Source: Candidatus Woesearchaeota archaeon (GTDB lineage Archaea; Nanobdellota; Nanobdellia; SCGC-AAA011-G17; GW2011-AR17). Taken from it: 64,000 nucleotides of DNA. Positions within the stretch are counted from its first letter, which is position 1, and each line of letters opens with the position of its first letter. Where the stretch lies: the NCBI GenBank assembly GCA_964411565.1, contig CAYPLB010000005.1, positions 24,536 to 88,535 on the forward strand, written 5' to 3'. Shown here in pieces: positions 29,250 through 38,436 of this stretch. The notes beneath the pieces were generated by a model. That model saw only the letters and a list, made by a program, of their open reading frames with translations. It was not told the DNA's origin and made no database searches. The position numbers and the translations under genes were made by a program.

Positions 29250-30297
29250 CTTTTATCTCTATTTTTTGATCTTTTATACTATAACCTTTCTCAACGATCT
29301 CTTTATATTTCTTTTCTTTATACAAATCAAACAATTCTTGTATTATAATATAATTTTCATAGATCCAATCCCCAATTTTCCTTCCATCAACTATTTCTTT
29401 TTCGAATTCTACTAACTGTTTTTTTTGTTCTTCTAAGATAATATTTTGTTTATCGACTTTAGTTAATCTTTCACTATCTTCTCCTTCATCTAAATCTTCA
29501 ATAAAAGGAGTATAATAAACATCTAATGCTTCACTAAAACTATCAAATCTTTCACCTTTTCCTAAAGATTTCATTTCAAAAGGAACAGGTTCATTATTAA
29601 CAATATTTGCATTTTTCTTTTCACTCAAAATTTCATTTAATTTAACAAATAACTTTTTCAATTCTCTTGCCTCAACATTTTCTTGATTTTTATCTACTTT
29701 AGCTCTAAAACAAATTTCTTCAGCAAACATTCCACCTAAATTCAATGTTGCTAACTTTCTAACAATATCTTTTTTATCACTTTTTTCAATAAACAATGCA
29801 AACTCTTCAAAATCATTAAAATTAATTGGCTTTGATGGTGGATATAAATACTCAACTCTAGCCTTTATCTTTCTATCCTTCCATAATTGAACTTGTAAAG
29901 CAGAAATAATAGTATAATTTTCATCACAAAGAATAACATTCCCTTTAGAAAAAAATTCACAGACCATAATGAACTTATTTTCTTTTCCTTCAAAATGAAT
30001 TTCAATAATTCTTTCAAAATCTTTTTGTATAATCTTCCTAATTCTATTTCCACCAATTCTTTTCCTCAAAAACCTACAAAAGTTTATTATTAAATTTGGA
30101 CTCTTCCTTTTCTTCTTAGCAACATACAATCCAACTCCAGGAATAATTCTAATATGTTTTCTTCCAATTCCAGTTTTGTGAACAGTTAAAATAATTTCAG
30201 AATTATCTGGCTGATAAATTTTATCAACTCTTCCATCTATAAAAACCTGCAACTCATCTACAACAGCCTTTATCTCTAAAGAACTTAAAATTTTCAT
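29242..30297 (-). CDS. NFACT-N domain protein (truncated Rqc2/FbpA-like)
   Basis: N-terminal MKILSSLEIKAVVDELQ...GRVDKIYQP and FSKGNVILCDEN fit the NFACT-N pattern; only 351 aa against ~650 for full-length archaeal homologs. Confidence 0.5.
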   Translation of the reverse strand: MKILSSLEIKAVVDELQVFIDGRVDKIYQPDNSEIILTVHKTGIGRKHIRIIPGVGLYVAKKKRKSPNLIINFCRFLRKRIGGNRIRKIIQKDFERIIEIHFEGKENKFIMVCEFFSKGNVILCDENYTIISALQVQLWKDRKIKARVEYLYPPSKPINFNDFEEFALFIEKSDKKDIVRKLATLNLGGMFAEEICFRAKVDKNQENVEARELKKLFVKLNEILSEKKNANIVNNEPVPFEMKSLGKGERFDSFSEALDVYYTPFIEDLDEGEDSERLTKVDKQNIILEEQKKQLVEFEKEIVDGRKIGDWIYENYIIIQELFDLYKEKKYKEIVEKGYSIKDQKIEIKDV

Positions 30298-30327
30298 AAT
30301 AAAATAAAAGAAAAAGTAGGTTTAAAA
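30294..30327. repeat. 34-bp direct repeat copy A (TCATAATAAAATAAAAGAAAAAGTAGGTTTAAAAA)
   Basis: Perfect match to 31124-31157; the two copies bracket the gene at 30500-31129. Confidence 0.8.
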
Positions 30328-30421
30328 ATTTTTCTTATAATTCATACAATTCGTCAACAATATTAAATAGAATCTAGAAATGTTTAAATTCATCTTAATT
30401 TAATGTAAAAAAAATCAATTT

Positions 30422-30483
30422 TTCTTAATTATTAAGAAAATTCTATAAAAAAGCTTATAAATAAGCTATTACTAATTAGTAAT
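30422..30483. promoter_or_regulatory. Three consecutive inverted repeats upstream of ORF 30500 (candidate operator)
   Basis: TTCTTAAT-t-ATTAAGAA, AGCTTAT-aa-ATAAGCT and ATTACTAATTAGTAAT, all within the 60 bp before the GGAAG/ATG. Confidence 0.35.
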
Positions 30484-30499
30484 AACTAAAGGAAGAAAA

Positions 30500-31129
30500 A
30501 TGAAAACCGAAGAAAATACTAAAAGAGTAACAAGTTTTGTAGAACTTTGTGAAGAAATGATGGATATTGTTAAAGGCAAAGATAAATATAAATCTAGACT
30601 AGAAGAGATTTATTCTATTGATTTTTACTGGAAAAGTGAGTCTCTAAATAGAGAGATCAGAGAAATTAAAGAGAAATCTAGAGCAGAGAATACTTATAAT
30701 TTTGAATTAGGCTTTATTACTGAAGTTGTTTATGAAGGAAATAATACAGAATCAGTATTATGTCAACCAGATACAATTTTGCAGCTTAGAACTGAAAGAG
30801 AATCATCAGGATTAATTGGAAGAATAAGAATAAAACCACACAATGAAGAGTGCCTTTGGATAGGAATAGAAAAATTTCCACCAACATTATTTTCTAAAAG
30901 TGTTGAAAATATAAAAACTTTACATGGGTATAATTTTGATTTAACCTTAATTTCTAAAAATTATCCTATTACATTATATAAAGGTCTTAATCATTTAAAA
31001 GATACAACTATTGCTTCATTAGCACCTCATAGTTATATTATTGGCTATGATTCTGAAGAAGCAAGATTATCTCTTAGAAAAAGATTAGAGACAATTCCAA
31101 ATGATATTATTGAAAATTATTTGTCATAA
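30500..31129 (+). CDS. Hypothetical protein
   Basis: 209-aa ORF with an SD-like ggaag upstream. Confidence 0.5.
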   Translation: MKTEENTKRVTSFVELCEEMMDIVKGKDKYKSRLEEIYSIDFYWKSESLNREIREIKEKSRAENTYNFELGFITEVVYEGNNTESVLCQPDTILQLRTERESSGLIGRIRIKPHNEECLWIGIEKFPPTLFSKSVENIKTLHGYNFDLTLISKNYPITLYKGLNHLKDTTIASLAPHSYIIGYDSEEARLSLRKRLETIPNDIIENYLS

Positions 31130-31157
31130 TAAAATAAAAGAAAAAGTAGGTTTAAAA
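31124..31157. repeat. 34-bp direct repeat copy B
   Basis: Identical to 30294-30327. Confidence 0.8.
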
Positions 31158-31160
31158 ACC

Positions 31161-31685
31161 TTACTCAACATTCACAACTAAACTTGTGGTCTTTTCACCA
31201 TCAGCTAATCCTGTTACAGTAACTGAACAGATATAAGTTCCAATAGCTAGTCCATCATCCTTTGCAATCAAACCTCTACTCAAAGATTCACCTGAACTCA
31301 GAGTATATTCATTTGTATTACCAACACCGGTATCATCAAATCCACAGATTAAACCATCAGCTGTTCCACCACCAAATGCAATTGCTTCTACTGTTGCAGA
31401 TACTGTTATTACACCTGATTCTTGATTACGTATGGCTAATGTGGCTGTTTCTTGTTCACCTTGAGTCATTGTAACTTCAGAAGGAGATAAAGCCACTTCT
31501 TCATTAGATTGTCCAAAAATTTCAGCAATTTGCGACTCACCCTGTTCAAATGATCCAGATGTTAACTCTCCAACATCAGTAAACACAGATCTTATCCAAA
31601 CTAAACCTAAACTTAGAATAGTAATTCCCATAACAATAATAATAATCGTTGTCATAGAAAGTTCTACTGCACCTTTTTTATTCAT
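31161..31685 (-). CDS. Archaeal type IV pilin-like protein (class III signal peptide)
   Basis: N-terminal MNKKGAVELSMTTIIIIVMGITIL matches the KKG|A prepilin peptidase site followed by a hydrophobic helix. Confidence 0.65.
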   Translation of the reverse strand: MNKKGAVELSMTTIIIIVMGITILSLGLVWIRSVFTDVGELTSGSFEQGESQIAEIFGQSNEEVALSPSEVTMTQGEQETATLAIRNQESGVITVSATVEAIAFGGGTADGLICGFDDTGVGNTNEYTLSSGESLSRGLIAKDDGLAIGTYICSVTVTGLADGEKTTSLVVNVE

Positions 31686-31849
31686 CTTTTCACCTCATAA
31701 TTATTATACTTATAACTTAGGATTTTAACTTTAAAAAAGTTTCTAAAAAACAATAATTTTTTTCCCTGAAAAAAAGTTGTTTTTTTCTTCAACCAAACCT
31801 TTATAAAAGGACACTGACCCCAACTCCTTGAAATTTAGAGGCTAAAAAA

Positions 31850-32239
31850 ATGGGAAGAATAGACACAAGCAATCACAAAATATTAATAGTAGATGACGAA
31901 GGTTCAATTAGAGAATTATTAGGCGAATTTATAGAATCATTTTGCCCAGATGCATACATTGATTTTGCAAATTCAAGAAGAGAAGCAGAACAAAAGCTTG
32001 AAGTTAATCCATACACACATGTTTTAACAGATATGTCAATGGAAGGTCCATATTCTGGAGTTTATGTTGCAAGGTCTGCAAAAAAAGTTAATCCAAAAAT
32101 AAGAGTTTTTTTACATACTGGATCTAACGATAGAACTATGGAAAATAAAATTGCAAGAGAACCTTCAATTGATGAATATGCATTTAAACCAAATTCATTA
32201 ATGCAAGCAGCAAATTTTGCTTACAGAGAATTATTTTAA
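31850..32239 (+). CDS. Stand-alone response-regulator receiver domain protein
   Basis: ILIVDDEGSIREL...HVLTDMSMEG, a CheY-like fold with acidic pocket and phospho-Asp. Confidence 0.65.
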   Translation: MGRIDTSNHKILIVDDEGSIRELLGEFIESFCPDAYIDFANSRREAEQKLEVNPYTHVLTDMSMEGPYSGVYVARSAKKVNPKIRVFLHTGSNDRTMENKIAREPSIDEYAFKPNSLMQAANFAYRELF

Positions 32240-33163
32240 ACTTTTCATATATTTTACTAATTTTTCTTCAGAATTTATTTTATTTAATTCTTTTCTAATA
32301 CTTGTTGATCCTCTCAGACCTTTAGTAAATTCTTGAGATCTTTGTTTTAAAGTATGCACATTTACTAAATCATATTTTTTAGCCATCTTATAATATTCTA
32401 AAAATAAATCTACTTTTTCTTTTAGACTTGGCATTCTAACAACTTCATTTGTTTCTAAAAAAGTATTTATCCTAGAAAAGATCATAGGATCTCCAATTGC
32501 TCCTCTACCAATCATAATTGCATCACATTTCTCTAATAATTTCTTTGCATGCATTCCATTTACAACATCACCATTTCCAATAACAGGAATATTTATTTCT
32601 TCTTTTACTTTAGCAATAGAATTCCAATTTGCTTTCCCTGAAAAACCTTGTCTATATGTTCTTCCATGAATAGCAATAGCTGAAGCACCATTTTCTTCAA
32701 TTATCTTAGCTAATTTCACAGCAACATCTTTATCATAACCCAATCTTATCTTAGCTGTAACAGGCTTTGAAGAATGTTTTACTAAAGTTGAAATAATTTT
32801 TCCAATCTTCTCAGGCCTCCTCAATAATGCAGAACCAGATCCAGCTCCTACAATTTGATGTGCAGGACAACCAAAATTAAAATCAATAATATCAGCTTTA
32901 TCTTCAATTTTCTCAACAGATTTTTTAATAGGATCTTCTCTCAATCCAAACAATTGAAAGGCAACAGGTTTTTCTTCTTTACAAGTCAAACATAATTTCT
33001 CTGTAGCTTTATTATTTCTTGCTAAAGCATTCAGATTAATCATTTCAGAATATACTAATGAAGCTCCATATTTCTTACATAATAATCTAAATGGTAAATT
33101 TGTAATTCCAGCCATTGGAGCAAGAATTAAATTACCTTTTATTTTTACGTTTCCTATTTTCAT
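32231..33163 (-). CDS. dus: tRNA-dihydrouridine synthase
   Basis: APMAGITNLPFR and DFNFGCP motifs. Confidence 0.8.
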   Translation of the reverse strand: MKIGNVKIKGNLILAPMAGITNLPFRLLCKKYGASLVYSEMINLNALARNNKATEKLCLTCKEEKPVAFQLFGLREDPIKKSVEKIEDKADIIDFNFGCPAHQIVGAGSGSALLRRPEKIGKIISTLVKHSSKPVTAKIRLGYDKDVAVKLAKIIEENGASAIAIHGRTYRQGFSGKANWNSIAKVKEEINIPVIGNGDVVNGMHAKKLLEKCDAIMIGRGAIGDPMIFSRINTFLETNEVVRMPSLKEKVDLFLEYYKMAKKYDLVNVHTLKQRSQEFTKGLRGSTSIRKELNKINSEEKLVKYMKSLK

Positions 33164-33500
33164 TTTTCATCCAATAATTAATTAAAAACAATACTCCTAT
33201 AAAAAATATTGGTCCTTGGATTAATATATGTTCAAAATATTCACCAGGATTATAGTTAAAGAAGAAAATTGTAAATATTCCTAATCCAATAATTAACAAA
33301 CCTCCAATTAATTCTTTTTTCCATGCTAAAACTGTTAATCCAATAAGAATAAATGTTGGTATTAAATGCATAAACAAGGCTATAAAAACTTCTGGAAATC
33401 CATAACCCTCAAAAAACACATCAACAGCTAATATACTAATTAGTACTGTAAATAAAATCAACAAAACTCTTGGCAACCAATATAAAACTTTTCTTAACAT
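33132..33500 (-). CDS. Small membrane protein, hypothetical
   Basis: Three or four TM helices. Confidence 0.4.
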   Translation of the reverse strand: MLRKVLYWLPRVLLILFTVLISILAVDVFFEGYGFPEVFIALFMHLIPTFILIGLTVLAWKKELIGGLLIIGLGIFTIFFFNYNPGEYFEHILIQGPIFFIGVLFLINYWMKNENRKRKNKR

Positions 33501-33531
33501 TAATTATAATAAAAAAAAGAAATTTATAAGT

Positions 33532-35037
33532 TTAATCCCAAAAGATTAACTTATCCCAAAAACTTTCTTCTTCTGGAGCATAACTAACTCCTGAACCTGA
33601 AACAGCACCACAATCTATTCCTGGAGCCCAATCACCAGAAAACTGACAATCTTCCATAGTGTAATCAGAATCACTTGTACTAAAACAAGCAAAGCCACCA
33701 CTATACTCACCTTCCTTCCAATTACTTAACATTTGAACAAGATAATCTATCTCAAAGCTACAATAATAATATGTACCTTCAAGTTCATCTAATTCTGCAT
33801 TTGAAAGGTCTTCAGCTTCTCTAATATCATCCTCACTTATTCCACTATCAATTAATTCTTGGATAAATTCCTCAGAAAAAGTTACTTCAAGACTATCACT
33901 TCTTGAATACAATCTACAAAGATCATCTGCTTCTTCTAACCAAATTGTTCCTGTTCCAGAGTTAATTGCTCCAGCAAATTCAAGTGTTTTAGTTTGTTCA
34001 AAACTTTTTTCATTACAGGTCTCAGCTGCATCAATAAAACAATCCCAATCTTCACATTCTGTACTTTCACTAATATCAGTACTTTCATCACAAAGAATTC
34101 TAATCATAATTGAATCTTCATCAAACCACTGAACATCAATATTAATTCCCTGAAATTCTTGATTATAATCTTCATTAATCTTCCCAGAATATCCATCTAC
34201 ATCAATCATAGCTAAACTAGAGTCATCAGGATCAAAGTTATAAAATGTTAAAGTTTTTCCTTCATACTCTAAAGAATCTCCTTCTAAAAAATGTAAATTT
34301 AAATCATTATCACATTCTACACAAGGAAAAGTTATATCTATTTCATTATTATCAATATCAAAATTTGCATCTATTCTTACTCCACCAAAAACACCTTGAT
34401 AATCATCTTCTATTTTAGCATTATAATCATCAACTCTTAGAGAAGCTAAATTATTTTCATAATTATAAAATGTCAGAATTTCTCCATAAATTTCAACAGA
34501 TTCAGCCTCAAATAAACTTACAACCTCATCACCACATTCACTTATTGTAGATATTATATCAAATTCCTCAGTCTCTTCCTCTTCACTTTCTTCTTCTACT
34601 TCTTCCTCAGTCTCTTCCTCTTCGATTTCATCTTCTACTTCTTCCTCAATCTCTTCCTCTTCGATTTCTTCTTCTACCTCTTCTTCAATAGATTCTTCTA
34701 CTTCTTCCTCAATCTCTTCCTCTTCTACTTCAATCTCTACAATTTCACAAACATTATTTACACATACAGGATCACTTGTAAATTCTACAGTTGATTCAAT
34801 ACAAACAACCTCATCTTCACATTCCCCTAAAGAATTATAATATTCTCGAAAATCAGAATTGATCACAACAATATCATTCCAATCTGTAAAAGGACAACAA
34901 GAATTGTCTACATAATCACAATCTTCATCAAATTCACACATTTGCATTTCTTCCATTGAATAAGGAATATCTTCTGTCTGACAACCTACTAATAATATAG
35001 AAATTATTATTAAAATTAATATTTTACCTCTTTTCAT
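33532..35037 (-). CDS. Lipoprotein with extended Glu-rich repeat region
   Basis: Lipobox LLVGC, many Cys, and (E/I/V)EEE repeats with DNA-level tandem repetition around 34540-34720. Confidence 0.55.
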   Translation of the reverse strand: MKRGKILILIIISILLVGCQTEDIPYSMEEMQMCEFDEDCDYVDNSCCPFTDWNDIVVINSDFREYYNSLGECEDEVVCIESTVEFTSDPVCVNNVCEIVEIEVEEEEIEEEVEESIEEEVEEEIEEEEIEEEVEDEIEEEETEEEVEEESEEEETEEFDIISTISECGDEVVSLFEAESVEIYGEILTFYNYENNLASLRVDDYNAKIEDDYQGVFGGVRIDANFDIDNNEIDITFPCVECDNDLNLHFLEGDSLEYEGKTLTFYNFDPDDSSLAMIDVDGYSGKINEDYNQEFQGINIDVQWFDEDSIMIRILCDESTDISESTECEDWDCFIDAAETCNEKSFEQTKTLEFAGAINSGTGTIWLEEADDLCRLYSRSDSLEVTFSEEFIQELIDSGISEDDIREAEDLSNAELDELEGTYYYCSFEIDYLVQMLSNWKEGEYSGGFACFSTSDSDYTMEDCQFSGDWAPGIDCGAVSGSGVSYAPEEESFWDKLIFWD

Positions 35038-35071
35038 AAAAATAATAAAAGTAAAAAGAATTTAAAAAACT

Positions 35072-36721
35072 TTATCTTCTTCCATATTGAGATCTATTTC
35101 CAAATCCACTAGATTTTTTATTAGATCTTCCACTAAAATTTGATCTTCCACTATTGCTTCTTGACCTATTTCCACTATTACTAAATCTTCCTTTAGGTCT
35201 ATTTCTAAATCCTTCACCAGAGTTTGAATTTCTGTTTCCGAATCCATTAGATCTATTATTATCTCTATTTCCATAGTTTGAATTTCTGTTTCCGAATCCA
35301 TTAGATCTATTACTATCCCTATTTCCATAGTTTGAATTTCTATTTCCAAATCCATTAGATCTATTATTATCTCTATTTCCAAAATTTGAATTTCTATTTC
35401 CACTATTACTAAATCTTCCTTTTGGTCTATTTCTAAATCCTTCACCAGAGTTTGAATTTCTGTTTCCAAATCCATTTGATCTTCCACTAAATCCTCTATT
35501 TCCAAAACCTCTTGCATTAGATCTTCCTCTACTTCCAAATCCAGAACTTCTTCCTCTTGATCTTCCACCGCCAGATCTTCTTCCATCATATCTCTGACCA
35601 GCATCAAACTGTACTTTAGGGAAACTTTCTAAATCTAATCTTTCAATCTTGATTCTATACCTTCTCTTAATTTCTCCAAAAGCATCATGATCTCTTCTAC
35701 TCAATAATGAAATAGCTTTTCCATATTCACCAGCCCTAGCAGTTCTTCCAATCCTATGAATATATTCTTCAGGATTTCTAGGCAAATCATAATTAAAAAC
35801 ATGACTAACATTTTTAATATCTAAACCTCTAGCTGCTACAGCAGATGCAACTAAAACTTCTTGCCTTCCATTATTAAAAGCTTCAATAACTTTCATTCTT
35901 CTATTTTGAGTTAAATCTCCATGGATCATATCTGCATCAATACCTTGTCTTCTCAAATTCTTAGTCAAAACATTTACAGTAGCTTTTGTTGAACAGAAAA
36001 TAATAACTCTATTTGTTTGTTCTTTACTTAACAAATGCATAAGATATGAAAATTTCTCATTTTGATTAATATCATAGTAAAATTGTTCTAACAAGTCTTC
36101 ATGAACTTGAGATTCTGCTTTTACAGTAACAGGTTTATTCATATGTCTTTGTTTGATATATTTAACTTCATTTGAAATTGTTGCTCCAAATAACAAAATT
36201 TGTCTATCTCTATTTGTACATTCTAAAATTCTATTAATATCATCAATAAAACCCATATCTACCATTTTATCTGCTTCATCAAGAACAAAGGTTTTCAATT
36301 TATTTAATTTTAAAGTACCTCTACCTAAGTGATCCAAAATTCTTCCTGGTGTACCAACTACAATTTCTGACCTAGCAATTTTATCCATTTGAGGTCCTAT
36401 AGCTACACCACCAAAAACAGTTGCAATTGAAAAATTAACATATTTTCCAAATTTACTCATTTCTTTTGAAATCTGAGAAGCTAATTCTCTTGTAGGAGCC
36501 ATAACTAAAACTTGTACTCCTTGCTTTTTAACAACATTCTCTAAAACAGGTACTCCAAATGCTAATGTTTTACCTGATCCAGTCTTTGAAATACCAATTA
36601 AATCTTTTCCTTCTTTTATTGTTGGTATAGATTTTTCTTGAATACCAGTTGGTTCTTTTATGTCTATTTCATCTAAAGCCCTTACTATATTAGGACTTAT
36701 ATTTAGTTCGCTAAATTTCAT
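35072..36721 (-). CDS. DEAD-box ATP-dependent RNA helicase with repetitive Gly/Arg/Asn-rich C-terminal tail
   Basis: Motifs GSGKTLAF, PTRELA, DEAD and HRIGRTARAG; C-terminal GFGNRNSN(Y/S)GNRD(N/S)NRSN repeats. Confidence 0.85.
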   Translation of the reverse strand: MKFSELNISPNIVRALDEIDIKEPTGIQEKSIPTIKEGKDLIGISKTGSGKTLAFGVPVLENVVKKQGVQVLVMAPTRELASQISKEMSKFGKYVNFSIATVFGGVAIGPQMDKIARSEIVVGTPGRILDHLGRGTLKLNKLKTFVLDEADKMVDMGFIDDINRILECTNRDRQILLFGATISNEVKYIKQRHMNKPVTVKAESQVHEDLLEQFYYDINQNEKFSYLMHLLSKEQTNRVIIFCSTKATVNVLTKNLRRQGIDADMIHGDLTQNRRMKVIEAFNNGRQEVLVASAVAARGLDIKNVSHVFNYDLPRNPEEYIHRIGRTARAGEYGKAISLLSRRDHDAFGEIKRRYRIKIERLDLESFPKVQFDAGQRYDGRRSGGGRSRGRSSGFGSRGRSNARGFGNRGFSGRSNGFGNRNSNSGEGFRNRPKGRFSNSGNRNSNFGNRDNNRSNGFGNRNSNYGNRDSNRSNGFGNRNSNYGNRDNNRSNGFGNRNSNSGEGFRNRPKGRFSNSGNRSRSNSGRSNFSGRSNKKSSGFGNRSQYGRR

Positions 36722-36865
36722 ATTTCCATCTCCTTGGAATAACTTTCAATACTAAATTTTCTAAAGTAATGTGAAACAGAATGAGTATAAATTTGGGCTA
36801 TAAACCTCTGTCTCGGCCTTCCAATCTATATTAACTGCCACATCAATCCTTTATAAATCTTTTGG

Positions 36866-37333
36866 TTACTTATTCTTATTCAATTCACTCAATAAAGACA
36901 TATGATATCGACTATTAACTAACTCTAATTCTTTTTCATTAAAACCATTGACTGGAAAAGTACCATCAAAAGAGCTGTGATTTACATAATCCATCACTCT
37001 TCTAGTCAAATCCTCACCATAAACCTCAGCACAAGCATCAAAACTCCCATCTAAAGAGAGAGAATCATAATATGGATCCATATCACCATTAAAATTATTA
37101 TCATAAAAACTCTCAAAACATTGTCCTTTCCCATCAATCATTCCTTCAGTATCACTATAAATAAATTTTCCATTAATAAGACTGAATTCAGCACTAGTTC
37201 CTTCATAATGATTATTTCCGACAGTCTCAGCTAATTCTCTAGCTAAATTTCTATTAGGTCTTTCTATTTGAACTTCAGGACTAACTACTTTTGCAGAACA
37301 TGCAACTAAAAACAGTGGAATAATTCTTTTCAT
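36866..37333 (-). CDS. Putative lipoprotein, hypothetical
   Basis: MKRIIPLFLVACSAKV lipobox. Confidence 0.5.
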   Translation of the reverse strand: MKRIIPLFLVACSAKVVSPEVQIERPNRNLARELAETVGNNHYEGTSAEFSLINGKFIYSDTEGMIDGKGQCFESFYDNNFNGDMDPYYDSLSLDGSFDACAEVYGEDLTRRVMDYVNHSSFDGTFPVNGFNEKELELVNSRYHMSLLSELNKNK

Positions 37334-37390
37334 CTTAATTCCAGTTTTCTATGCTTAATTTATATTCTTTATGTATTTAGAAAATAAAAA

Positions 37391-37540
37391 TGGGACCGCA
37401 GGGATTCGAACCCTGGACACCTAGATATCTGAGAACAGTTCAAATAAACAAATTCATTTGATCTTCAGTTTCACTATGCTATTTTAAGCAAACTAGTGCT
37501 CTCCCAGACTGAGCTACGGTTTAATGCTCTTTTAAGACCC
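37391..37540 (-). tRNA. Intron-containing tRNA (anticodon unresolved); a ~60-nt intron in the anticodon region and a probable second small intron after acceptor nt 3
   Basis: Minus strand reads ACCG-TA-GCTC-AGTCTGGGA-GAGC ... GTGTC-CAGGG-TTCGAAT-CCCTG-CGGTCCC-A. The 5' acceptor strand continues only as ACCG. The GGG needed to pair with the 3' CCC lies 17 nt upstream (GGG|tcttaaaagagcattaa|ACCG). Confidence 0.55.
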
Positions 37541-37580
37541 ATCCCGCATCAGCCTATTTATTAAAAATAAAAGTTTCTAT

Positions 37581-38331
37581 TTAAAAGTTTCGTATATGAG
37601 AATTATATAAATCTATCTTATTATAATTTGAAAAACCAATTTCTTTAAACCATTTATTTACCATCTTTTCACCATAAACTGCAATTCTATATGCATCAAA
37701 ATATTTCTTTCTTGGTTCTCTTCTATAAGAAACTCTAAATCCAAAAGACAATAAAACTGTTTTAATTTGTTTTGATAAAACTTCACTAGTTGTTGTTATT
37801 TCTATACAAGGATAAGATAAATTATTACCTTTTTTAGCATAAAATAAAGATCCATCTGTATCAACAATTCCTCTTAAACAAGCAATTAGTAATTTTTTAT
37901 TAGCGAGCGTAGCGAGTCTTTGGGTTTAATACCTCGACCTTTAGGTCGTTTTGTTTTATTGCGCTAGCCTAACTTGATAGGATACCCCATCCCTTTAGGG
38001 TGGGGAGGATGTCATTTTTTAGAATTTTTTCAGGGATTTTAATTCTAGCATGTTTACCTTTGCCATGCTCAAGATTAATATTATTTATTAAATATAACAC
38101 TGCATCTTTTGAATAAAATTTTAATCTTAAACCTCTTTCCCTTATACTTAGTGAAGGATTTTTATTAAAACAAATACTTATTAAATTTGACAAATGATTG
38201 TAATATCTTTTTTCACAATGAGGATTTCCAACAATCTCAATAGAATAATGATTATTTTTACAATAAATACAACCATCACCAATAATAACACCTATTATTT
38301 CTGCCATAGATTCATTCAAAATATACCCCAT
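37581..38331 (-). pseudogene. Two-domain LAGLIDADG homing endonuclease gene interrupted by an in-frame stop, a frame change and a ~70-bp GC-rich insertion
   Basis: The N-domain ORF (38331-37969) has LAGLIDADG motif 1 (IIGVIIGDGCIY). The C-domain continues in another frame (about 37905-37581) with motif 2 (LLIACLRGIVDTDGSL). The intervening 37905-37975 is GC-rich, with a CGACCT-tt-AGGTCG hairpin and a CGAGCG-TAGCGAG repeat. Confidence 0.6.
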
Positions 38332-38436
38332 ATAACAATAAAATTAAAATAATTATATAAACTTCACGCGCACCCATGCCTTGTCCACACTAGAAATAAA
38401 AAAAACTTATAAACAAAAACATCCTTATAATCTAAC

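Noticed and set aside
35062-35607. 181-aa ORF (minus strand) full of MDLEIEIQ repeats
   Set aside because: It is the alternate frame of the Gly/Arg/Asn-repeat tail of the DEAD-box helicase on the same strand; a repeat artefact, not a gene.
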